A stretch of 64,000 nucleotides of DNA from assembly GCA_041653675.1 (NCBI GenBank), contig JBAZEY010000004.1:1105-65104 (forward strand), given 5' to 3'. Below, one piece after another: positions 19,928 through 30,000 of this stretch. The number at the start of each line of letters is the position of its first letter. Positions within the stretch are counted from its first letter, which is position 1. The stretch is from Patescibacteria group bacterium. GTDB lineage: Bacteria; Patescibacteriota; Patescibacteriia; XYB2-FULL-38-15. A program made the translations under genes and the position numbers. The notes beneath the pieces are model-generated. The model was not told the DNA's origin and did not search any database. It saw nothing but the letters and a program-made list of their open reading frames with translations.

Positions 19928-21163
19928 TTATGGCATTAAAGATTTAAACCATTTTTTAACTTGGCTTGTCACTTTATCAATACTCTTGAAACGAGAGGCA
20001 AAACCGCTATTTCCCTCGTCGTAAACAGCGTTACCCCAAAGAACCAGCCCCAGGGCCGGGACAAAAGAAACATCGTTAACTTTATCAACTACGCTCGTAA
20101 CATTTTGAGGGCAACCCAAGGAAACCGGCAGGCGCAATTTTCTTTTTGCGATGTCTAAAATGCCTGGAAGTTTGGCTGTTGATCCAATAAGCACTACTCC
20201 GGAAGGCAGGAGCCCGCTCCGTCCTATTTTTTTTAATTCGCCGTCAATTTTTTCAAAAATTTCTTCAACTCTAGCCTCAATAATTTCGGCGATATATTTT
20301 TTAGAAACTAGCGTATCCTCCCCCGCCTCATAATCTCCAAGATTAATCTCGTCGCGCTTGCCAACATCTTTTGGTATGGCTGTCCCATGTTCTAATTTTA
20401 TTTTTTCAGCGGCATCGAGAGATGTGCGCAGACCAATCGCGACATCAGAAGTAATATGATCGCCGCCGATCGGCAAAAAGGCCGTATGCATAACATCTCC
20501 ACCCTCAAACACGGCAAGTTCAGTAGAAGTTCGGCCAATATTCGCCACGGCCACACCCAATTCTTTCTGGCGCGGGCTTGTCACTGCTTCTGAGGCGGCA
20601 AGAATAGAAAATACAACATCCTCAATATCAACACCTGTGCGATAAATGCACTTGGTCAAATTTTTTATATGCGAACTGAGCCCCTGAATAATCTGCGTTT
20701 CCACTTCAAGCCTTACTCCGCTCATGCCCAACGGATCGCGGATATTAACTTGGTTATCAATTGAAAAAGTTCTCGGAATAACATGTAAAATTTCAAAATT
20801 TGGCGGAGTAGCAACAGCGCGCGAGGCCTCAATTGATCTTTCCACGTCACCATCATCAATTTCGCCGTTTGGTTTAGCTATGGCAATAACGCCTTTACTT
20901 TTTTGAAAAATGATATGATCACCGGAAATGCCAACCCAAACCCGGTCAACGGGAACGCCCGTAACCCGCTCGGCTGCCTCAAAAGCCGCCGCGATACTCG
21001 AGGTGGCGTTTTCTACACTCTGAACCGTCCCGCGGCACACGCCTTCTGACGGCACTTCTATTGCCGCCAAAATTTTGGGTGCCCCGTTCTCGTCTCTCTG
21101 CCCCACAACTACTCGCGCGGCGGTTGAGCCCAGATCTAAGCCGGTGATGATTTCACTCCTCAT
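19928..21163 (-). CDS. ftsA: Cell division protein FtsA
   Basis: GLDLGST, DPLGMSGVRLE, PIGGDHITSDVAIGL, AEKIKLEHG, IIEARVEEI. Confidence 0.97.
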   Translation of the reverse strand: MRSEIITGLDLGSTAARVVVGQRDENGAPKILAAIEVPSEGVCRGTVQSVENATSSIAAAFEAAERVTGVPVDRVWVGISGDHIIFQKSKGVIAIAKPNGEIDDGDVERSIEASRAVATPPNFEILHVIPRTFSIDNQVNIRDPLGMSGVRLEVETQIIQGLSSHIKNLTKCIYRTGVDIEDVVFSILAASEAVTSPRQKELGVAVANIGRTSTELAVFEGGDVMHTAFLPIGGDHITSDVAIGLRTSLDAAEKIKLEHGTAIPKDVGKRDEINLGDYEAGEDTLVSKKYIAEIIEARVEEIFEKIDGELKKIGRSGLLPSGVVLIGSTAKLPGILDIAKRKLRLPVSLGCPQNVTSVVDKVNDVSFVPALGLVLWGNAVYDEGNSGFASRFKSIDKVTSQVKKWFKSLMP

Positions 21164-21196
21164 AAATTAATCCTATATATTCTCGGTAAGTCTTAT

Positions 21197-21225
21197 ATTA
21201 TAAATAATCTAAAAACTTTTTGCAA
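21197..21225 (-). promoter_or_regulatory. sigma70 promoter for ftsAZ
   Basis: TTGCAA-17 nt-TATAAT. Confidence 0.65.
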
Positions 21226-21277
21226 CAAGACTAAAATCCCTAATTTTATTTTGTCAAATTTTTAAAAATTTATTCCC

Positions 21278-21649
21278 CTAGCCTCTCAGCAAATCCACGA
21301 AATACGGCCCCAAAATCAGAACACCAACCACAATCGCTCCAACCGAAGAAAGTAAAACTACCGCGGCCATAATATCTTTGACCGTTTCAACATAAGGATG
21401 CATTCTTGGTTTTAAAACATCAATTACTCTTTCGAAAACACTGTTAATTAACTCTAACACTAAAACCATCATAATGACAAGCAAAAGAGCTATTGCTTCC
21501 CAAACTTTAACACGAAAAACTAAGGCTAAAATTAAAACTAAAAAACCCGCTACCACTTGAATTCTAAAACTTTGTTCTTCTTTAAAAACTCTAAATAATC
21601 CCCTGCTGGCGTAATGGAAACTTCTGATTAAGCGGCTTAAGCTAAACAT
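21278..21649 (-). CDS. dgkA: Diacylglycerol/undecaprenol kinase family protein
   Basis: SFHYASRGL, ELINSVFERVID, KDIMAAVVL; next to ybeY. Confidence 0.9.
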   Translation of the reverse strand: MFSLSRLIRSFHYASRGLFRVFKEEQSFRIQVVAGFLVLILALVFRVKVWEAIALLLVIMMVLVLELINSVFERVIDVLKPRMHPYVETVKDIMAAVVLLSSVGAIVVGVLILGPYFVDLLRG

Positions 21650-21660
21650 AATTTAAATTT

Positions 21661-22086
21661 CTAAATTTTTTCCAAAATAACTTGCTCCATTTTTTTCATC
21701 TTCCTGGCCTCTCGCTCGCCCTTCTCGTGGTCAAAACCGCAAAGATGCAATAGGCCATGGACTAATAATTCCTTAATTTCTTGTTTCGTACTCCATCCGT
21801 ACTCCCTCGCCTGGCGCGCTGCTTGGGGAAAAGAAATTATTATCTCTCCAAAAAGTTTTATTCCCCCGCTCTTTTTTTCTTCGTAGATAAAACTTAATAC
21901 ATCTGTTGTTTTGTTTTTCCCGCGATAAAAACTATTTAATTTTTTCATTTCTGAATCGCCAACAAAAGCAACCGAAATTTCCGCATTTTTTATATTAACT
22001 TTTTTAAAAACCATTTTTACAATATTGGCGACCCACTTCTTCTCTATTTTTTTACCAACGCGCTGATTTATTTCAATCTTAATCAT
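21661..22086 (-). CDS. ybeY: rRNA maturation endoribonuclease YbeY
   Basis: LNSFYRGKNKTTDVLSF, HGLLHLCGFDH. Confidence 0.95.
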   Translation of the reverse strand: MIKIEINQRVGKKIEKKWVANIVKMVFKKVNIKNAEISVAFVGDSEMKKLNSFYRGKNKTTDVLSFIYEEKKSGGIKLFGEIIISFPQAARQAREYGWSTKQEIKELLVHGLLHLCGFDHEKGEREARKMKKMEQVILEKI

Positions 22087-22104
22087 TTTTACATCATTAA
22101 AACC

Positions 22105-23094
22105 CTACAAACTCAATTTAAAACTCTTTATCATCATTTCAAAAGTGCTTTTATAATTCAATTCTGTTTTGCCCCCGAGACTATACGTAATGGCATAAAT
22201 TTTATCCCCCGAAGCGAAATAAGCTGTAAGCCCGTCAGGACTCTTTTTTCCGAGAAGGCCACTCTTAGTCATAACATCACTAAGTTCAGATGGACTAGTT
22301 CCGGGTGACTCAGCTAAATACCAATCCAAAAGCGGCAAACGATTCTGATTATCATCAATAACTACTTCTATAAGCTCTCCCGTGGCCGAAGTGAAAAGAA
22401 CTTCTCTCCCCGTTTCATCAAGAGCTCTCGCGATCCAAAGTGATGGATAAAAAACAGAATATTTAAAAGCTTGGCTATTATAAATTTTTACTAAATTTGT
22501 TTCTTCAATTTTCTGCGGAGCGAGGCCTGTCGGGTTATATAAATTTAAAATTTCCAGCGCGTCAGAATAAGAATCACCGTCGGTATCCGCGGTATTTTGA
22601 TCTGTACTAAACAAAGTTTCTTCAATGTCTGTTAACCCATCTCGGTCAGTATCAGCCGACGACGGTAGTTCAGCTGACGGCTCTGGCAATGGCGCGGGAC
22701 AATCGGCAAGGCATGTGATAGTACTCTCCCCTGATTCGCATGTGCCATTTCCACAAACTGGCGCCGGAGGAACATTAACAGGAACATTTACCGGAGTATT
22801 AACTGGCGGTACGTTCGCATTCACGGGCACGTTTGCCACCGTGTTGGTGTTAGCTGACGGCGTGGTGCTAGTCTTTGGTTTGCTGGTCAAACTTTGAGTA
22901 AAAAGATAGGCCGCAACGGCAACTAAAATTATAACAATAACAGCCATCGCAATAATTAATGTTGATTTTGACCCGCCGCTCTTCCCTTCCTTCGGAACTT
23001 TTACTTTCTTAAAATAAAATTGCTCCGGCATGGCCTTAATCTCGACCGGCGGTTCTTCGGCAATATTAATTGGTTTTGGCTCTCCGTTTGGCAT
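22105..23094 (-). CDS. Membrane-anchored protein: TM, Pro/Asn linker, Cys-rich repeat, TSP3-like Ca-binding repeats, PsbP-like C-terminal domain
   Basis: CGNGTCESGESTITCLADC; DTDRDGLTDIEE, DTDGDSYSD; YSVFYPSLW...FEMMIKSFK. Confidence 0.75.
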   Translation of the reverse strand: MPNGEPKPINIAEEPPVEIKAMPEQFYFKKVKVPKEGKSGGSKSTLIIAMAVIVIILVAVAAYLFTQSLTSKPKTSTTPSANTNTVANVPVNANVPPVNTPVNVPVNVPPAPVCGNGTCESGESTITCLADCPAPLPEPSAELPSSADTDRDGLTDIEETLFSTDQNTADTDGDSYSDALEILNLYNPTGLAPQKIEETNLVKIYNSQAFKYSVFYPSLWIARALDETGREVLFTSATGELIEVVIDDNQNRLPLLDWYLAESPGTSPSELSDVMTKSGLLGKKSPDGLTAYFASGDKIYAITYSLGGKTELNYKSTFEMMIKSFKLSL

Positions 23095-23100
23095 AATATA

Positions 23101-23352
23101 AGATTTAAGATTGCAGATTTAAGATTTAAGATTTTGTAGTGAATGTTCTAAACCATAAAGCATTTTTGAGCATTCCTCATAATCTCTAATAAAATATTCT
23201 ATTTTTTCTTCCGATAAATACTTCTTTTCAAAAGCCATTTTCAAATGATGTTTTGTTTCTCTAATTTCTCCTTGAGCGCGACTAATACATTCTGTATAAA
23301 TGTTAATCTTCAACTCGCACGCCTTTAATCTTTAATCTTAAATCTTTAATCT
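23101..23352. mobile_element. Decayed four-helix-bundle element bounded by inverted heptamer arrays
   Basis: Left arm AGATTTA AGATTGC AGATTTA AGATTTA AGATTTT (23101-35); right arm TTTAATC TTTAATC TTAAATC TTTAATC T (23324-52). Mobility is inferred. Confidence 0.55.
23119..23313 (-). pseudogene. Internally deleted four helix bundle protein remnant
   Basis: SRAQGEIRETKHHLKMAFEKKYLSEE...MLYGLEHSL matches the C-terminal half of the family; the central QxxR...ANIAEG helices are missing. Confidence 0.65.
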
Positions 23353-23356
23353 ATGG

Positions 23357-24007
23357 TTATGGCTGCTCCAATAATCTTCCCGGCCCTTTCGGATTATATC
23401 CGGCTGTCACTTCCGCTCCATCCAAATATCCGTCACCATCTGTATCGGGATTTAAAGGATTAGTGAAATAAAGATTGACCTCGTCGCCATCTGTAAGCAC
23501 GTCGCCATCTGTATCGGGGTTTGTCGTATCAGTCCCGAGAGCTATTTCTTCTGTATTAGTTAAACCGTCACCATCTAAATCAACTTCTCCTGGGGCGGGA
23601 ATAACCGGCGCAGTTTCCAGAACTTCCGGTGGAACCTCTGCCGGCGTTTCATTAATATTGGATGGAATTTCAGCTGGAATATTTACTAGCGGCAAATTGG
23701 TATTTTGATTAGAAACGGTCGGAGTTTGTGTTCCAGTTTCTTCGGGCGCACTAGAAAATTGTCTCCAAACAAAATATCCGCCGCCGCCAAGAATTACAAC
23801 TAAAATCACGGCCGCTAAAACCAAAAACATTTTCTTTTTCCCCGGACCCCCAGCTTCCTCGCCGACTTCTTCCGGAGTTGCACCAACAGAAGCGGCTCCC
23901 CCGGGCATGCCGGGCACGGTCGGCGAAAGCGCGCCGGCCGGTCTTAATGGTTCTTGTTTCGTCGGCTCCACGCCGGCAAACATGTCTTCTGGTTCTTTGT
24001 CAAACAT
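23357..24007 (-). CDS. Membrane-anchored protein with TSP3-like Ca-binding repeats
   Basis: TM helix; DLDGDGLTNTEE, DTDGDVLTDGDE, DTDGDGYLDGAEVTAGYNPKGPG. Confidence 0.8.
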   Translation of the reverse strand: MFDKEPEDMFAGVEPTKQEPLRPAGALSPTVPGMPGGAASVGATPEEVGEEAGGPGKKKMFLVLAAVILVVILGGGGYFVWRQFSSAPEETGTQTPTVSNQNTNLPLVNIPAEIPSNINETPAEVPPEVLETAPVIPAPGEVDLDGDGLTNTEEIALGTDTTNPDTDGDVLTDGDEVNLYFTNPLNPDTDGDGYLDGAEVTAGYNPKGPGRLLEQP

Positions 24008-24062
24008 AAATGTAGATAATTATTTTTAATTTACAATGAATGTTTAAATTTTTTAATTTTTT

Positions 24063-27000
24063 CTATCTCACGGTAAACTCACCGCTTCGCTCTTGACCCA
24101 CAGTAGTCATATCACTGCCTCTAAATAACTCTCCTTCACTGGCAGAAAGACTCCAGACAAGAGCAGATCCAGTTCCAGTGCTAAGATTGTATCTCCCCGC
24201 GCCAGTTGTGCCATTGTAAACAATCCGGAAATTGTGCAAACCTCTTGATAAAGTACTGATCACTAGATCTCTTCTGCAATCCGGTGTAAGTCCTCCGCCG
24301 GGAGCAGCACATATACTGGCATTAGTTATACCAACCTTATGGCCATCAATATAAACTTCAAAAACATCAGCCGCATTATTACTGCTCACATGCAGACTTA
24401 TCGTCGCACAGTCCGTCGCGTCATCCATACAGCCGTCGGTTCCACTATCATCATTCGGATCGCAAGCGTCAATTATTTCATCACTGTCAGTATCTGGGCT
24501 ATATCTTAGCCTGCAGGTTTCGCCAGCTGGACAATCACCAGTAACTCTACAAATCCGAGAAGCAGTAGCGCTACAGGTTCCCGTAGATTCATATTTTCTA
24601 TTATCACAAGCCCGACCCGTGGCGCAAGTAATCGCGCAAGACGAAGGACTGCAACCCGGCGAAGTCGGTGTGGTGAGATCTTGTGGCTTGCCCCAAGGAT
24701 TTGAAGTATCAACACAAATCCAACTCGCGGGATATGCCGGCAGACGGCTATCGCATTGTTCCGCGCCGCTCACTGTCCCATCGCCGCAAGTCGGACCGCT
24801 CGCCGTTCTTAACGTGCATTCACGGCTGCAATAATTACAAGTTGATCCATATGGCGCCGTACAAGGCGTACCGTTTACATCTTCGCCGGAATCGCACGTT
24901 TCTATTCCCGCTCTCGTAAATCCATCACCACAACTAGAATTCTGGCAATCTACACAAGCGTCTGTATCTACATCATTTGCGTCATCGCATTGTTCACCAC
25001 CTTCAACCGTGCCATTGCCGCATTCGCCGGTTACTGTGCAAACACCCCAACCTTCATCTCGCCACTGGCATTGTCTTACATCTCCCGATACCTCGCATTC
25101 CAAGGTTCTAACGCGCGGATATCCCGTCCCGGCTTCCGGAGAACACAATAAACATTCTTCTTCTGGTTCCGCGCAGTCCGAGTTGCTCTCACAAACTACA
25201 TTAAAATCATCTGAAAGAATGGGGCTGGCCGGACTCAAGTGTTCATCAACCGGAACACAAACTCCTCTCCCGGACAATAAATTTCTATCACATTCTTCTC
25301 GACCATCGGTCACGGTATTTCCGCAAAATGGCGCCGACCCGACACAACCCGCCGCGCAAATCGGTCGACAAGTGCTGCCCGGACAATCGCTGTCCACACG
25401 ACACGACGATCTATCATTATCACAAATTTTTCCATAATTTCCATTAAGACCTTCATCGTCGCACCGCTCGCCAAATCCGCTTTGCAAAATTCCATCTCCA
25501 CAATAACCGCCACTCATTCGGCAGACAGTAGAACATTGATATTCATTCGTCGGCAATGTCCCGCCTCCCGGAATTCTTCCTCCGCCCGGACCGCGATCGC
25601 AAGCTTCACCCGTATCAATAATCCCATTTCCGCAAGTAGGAAGACACGACCCCCAATCATTCCATCGACAAGTAGCTAAATTACAAGTTCGGCTTTGCCG
25701 ACCCGTTCCACTGCCGCAAGATTGTTCGCTCGTGCGGCACGTTCCGCCCGTAGCAACGCAATCCAAATCACTGCGGCAAAAACTTGTCGGATCCGAAGAA
25801 CATGTATTTAATAAACTCGGTTCGCATTCTTCGGCTTCGTTTTCCGGCGTCGCCGGATTATCAACATTTAGTATTCCATCACCACAAACTCCACCCACAC
25901 TGAAAGTTGTACCATCGCAAACATTTTCATATTTAATGTAGGCTGGAATAGCGTCTCTAAACCAACTCCAACTCGGAAGAATTATCGCGCCCGATGAATT
26001 AGTAAGCTTGTGTTCCAAATCACCGCCAATATTATAAAATCCCGTAGCTGATTCGTAACGATATTGGTAAATATGAGACAAATCGGGACAGTGGTAAGAT
26101 TCTGCGCTCGTGTTCCAACAAGTGTCAGGATTATAAGGATCTACGCAACCCTGAAATTTATTTACCGGATCTTGTGGTAATCCTCCGCCGAGTTCCTGCC
26201 CAAGCACGGCCCATGAATCCCACTTGCTCGTGGAAATCCCTCGAACATACGAACCGGCTTCCAGTTTTGGCGGATAACCTCGCGTCATCATATATCTTTC
26301 CACCTCGGCTTTGATTTTATCTAAATCAGATAAACGTTTAACATCACGGGCCAATTTATCTTTTGGCGCATCACACAAAGATTGTGTCGGAGTTTGTGGA
26401 CAATCCAAATCAGCCGAACAAGGAATCGCTTGATCATCTTCGTCCGTGACAGTTGCCGCGCCGCGCTTACAAACTTTATTATTTTCCAAATTAATATTAA
26501 AATTCCAATTTTCTACCAATTGATTATAAATATCAATTGTGTCCTGGCTGGCATCTTCATTATATGAAATCAAATAAACGTTTGTATAAATGTCTGGCCC
26601 GGAACTAGAGCCGCCAATAAGCGCCGGCTGGTTTGCCGCGGAAACATAAATTGTCCGACCATCTTCCACGGCTTGATATTGATCAACCGTTTTCCCACTC
26701 GGAGACGCCGGTCTGAATCCTTGGGCCGTGTACCAATCGGATAAAGCAAGGTGGTTTTCATTTGTATAAATTCTAATACCGATCGCGTCGGGCGAAGATT
26801 GGCAAGATCCGCCTTCCGGGGCGCACGGATTTTCCGTGTTACAAGGCAATTTGGAAAGGGTACAATAACTCCCCTGAACAAATAAGAAATATTCTCTGAG
26901 TAAAAAGTCAGATGATCCCGGCGGCTCCGGCGGATTATTTACAATCGGCGGATCGCTAACCGTCGGTAAATCATCGCTAAAACCAAGCTCTCCTCTGTCC

Positions 27001-30000
27001 TGGCAATAATATGTTTCAAAATTATATGTTTCATCAGCTAACCCTTCGCCCGTCACGCCAAATCTATCTGGCCATGGATTTTCACAAAGAAAAACTATCG
27101 CGTCGGCCCCGCTACCCAACACTCGTCCCACGGTTCGGGGAGATAAAATTGTATCGGCAGTAATTCTCGCTGAAACTAAAATTCTTGCTTCTCCGTTTTT
27201 ATTTTCCGCTTTCGCCTCTTGGCTAGCATTAAGTTCGCAAACTCCGCCGTCTCTACAATCGCTCGCGCTGTGACAAATTGCAGTCGATTCATTGGAACAA
27301 GCGCCTTCGGGATTTAAGCTAACTACTGTTGGATCGTTAGACACCCAATCTTCCCATTGCCAAGCGTACACCCCGGGCAAGGAAGAAATCGCTCTCCCCC
27401 GCGTGTCTCTCGGTATGGCGGAAAAATTGTGTGTTTCACCACTCTGCGTAAAAACATGAACCTCCGGCGTAAATGTCACTTGGCTCAAAGCACAAATGTC
27501 ACCGCCCGTCTTAAACGACCATTCATAAATTTCCCTGCCGCTGTAGGCCGCGGGGTATTCACCGGATAAGCTACCTCCACCCAACGCCACGCCTTTTGAA
27601 TTTCTAATCCCCTCAATCTCGGGCGTTGTAGAATTGTCACCTAAAATCAAAACTCTATAGTCATTATCACTATCAAAAGCTTTAGTTGGACTAAAGCTTA
27701 CTTCCGTCACCAAATTTCCACCTTTATTTACAACAACAGACGACGCTGTTCCCGGCCAGACGCACCACGGACTTCCCGGCGCGGCGCTCGCCGGCTCGCC
27801 GAGCAATGATTGCCCAAATTTATTGACGAAATCTTTTACTTGGCTAAAAATCTTTAAATCATTCTCAATTTTATTAATCGGCTTAACCAATATTCTCGCA
27901 ATCGGCGGAGGCAGCCACTTCTTTATTTTTTCAAAAAATTGCCAACCGGATTTTCCTTCGCCGGTCCATAGAGCTAATTGTACCGTTCCGTCAGGACACG
28001 TCCCGCCGTAATTGCCGACGACTAAAATATTACCCGTGACGCTCGCTGTTTCCATTACATCGTCAAATGTCACAGAAATTCTGGCATTGCGGCAAACTTC
28101 AACCGCTCCTGAATCACAACCAACCGCGCCATCCCGAGTGGGATCGCAGTTTGTCACTTTTGGTTTAAAGTAGCAACATGTGTTGCGGCCAACTCCCAAT
28201 TCGCAATCAGCGTCAGTTGTGCAAGATTGTGAAGTTGTTCCTGAACATATATTAGAAGTTGAAATACACGACAAACGAATTGCACTGCAATCCTGACCGC
28301 CGCAGCGCAAAGTCAAATCGCCGCTGTCGGATTTTCCCTCTGTCGCGGCTGAAATTTCCGTGGTGCTGGAATTTACTCCGGCCGCCACGTCCTCCGTGGC
28401 AAGATCAATTGCTTCGGCCGTTTGGTATGGATCAATTCTCGCGTCCGTGACTGTTCCTTCATTTAAGCAAGTATCACTGCAACCCGGCCCTGGAGCGTTC
28501 CCATCGTCGCAATCTTCACCGCGTTCTTTCGCCCGATTTCCACAAACTCCCCCGCCAGCCACAGATCCTTCGTGTTGGCAAATATTATTACATCCATCCC
28601 CCGAACGAGTATTTCCGTCATCACAATCTTCGCCAATTTGAATTATGCCATTACCACAAGTTGAATCATAACGCGCGTTTGATCCTTCGTTCAAACAAGT
28701 CGCATTACAACCATCAAGCGTTGCCGTATTGCCATCGTCACAGTCTTCGCCAAATTCTTTTACGCCATTTCCGCAAGATGGATAATTATTATCATTGGTA
28801 ATTGTTGCCACTCCTGGATCAGCCGATGCCCAGCCCCAATTATAATCCATAGCACCAAGCTGCTGGCCGTTCGGGCTACAGAGATCTGGCTCGCTGAAAG
28901 GCGTGGAAGAATAATTTTGCGTCGCGCCGATAAAATTCAAAATCGCGTTTTGCGGATCAACTGCCACGCGATCCACGGCGCAAGGACTGGCATCATCTTT
29001 AGTTTTGAAAGTCCAAGAGTAAGCAGAAAAAGCCGCCGGGTCGCCGGCCGGATAATTTAAATCAGTCAAATGGACGCCGCTCGTTGAAGTAACACGATCA
29101 GAAATAACGGCGCGATAATAAGTATTCGGCGTAAAGAGCACTAAAGGCTCAATAACCATTTTTTTTGCGACCGAATCGTAAGAAGTTCCTGCCAGAGAAA
29201 CTTCCTCCAGAGCTCTCGTTCCTTCATTTAAACAAGTTGTCGCGTTGCAGTTGGCCGGGAATGGAGATCCGTCACAATCTTCACCTTCTTCAACCAGGCC
29301 ATTACCGCAAACCGCGGCGGCGCCATCGCTGCCGATATTTAAACATGTGGTGCGATTACAACGCTCCGGAAATGGCACACCGTCGCAATCTTCACCGGTT
29401 TCGCGGCGATCATTGCCACAGTACGAACCATAAAGCGCGTTTGACCCTTCATTCAAACAAGTCGCGCTGCAACCGTCGCCTGCCGTCGCATTGCCGTCAT
29501 CACAATCTTCACCGGGCTCAATCACGCCATTGCCGCATTTCCAAATATAAAGATTAACATTTGCCGCGCTCTCCACGCTCGCCTGATTCATGTTTGTATT
29601 AAATTCCGCGCCGACTTCCGCGTTAGCGCAAGCATCACTGCAGTTCGGCCACGCATTTTCTACTCTTGGGTCTGTAAAATTAATTGTCAAATTTCCTGAG
29701 CCAAATTTACTTTCACTTGGAATTCCGCCGGTAATTCGAACCGGCAAACCAACTTCTGTTTCCGCCCGAGCCGTGGCAACTTCACTCGGAGTAATACTAC
29801 CAGCCACAGTGGCTTTTGAAATATCTGACGAAGTCCAGCGCCAAGGACTATAAGCGCTGCAATCAATTGTTATGCAAACATCGCCGGCCGCATAACACAA
29901 ACTATCATAATTCTGTGTCGCCCCAATACTTACTAAAGTCCGTTCATACGGAGAAACCCCAACTAAACCGATATCACACGTCTCGTCGCTGTCGCGGGTT

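Noticed and set aside
11700-24062. Shared AATTTwCAATGAAT at about 11707 and 24028, and other AT-rich spacers, as further array elements
   Set aside because: Short, AT-rich and lacking a clear second arm; cannot be told from chance by eye.
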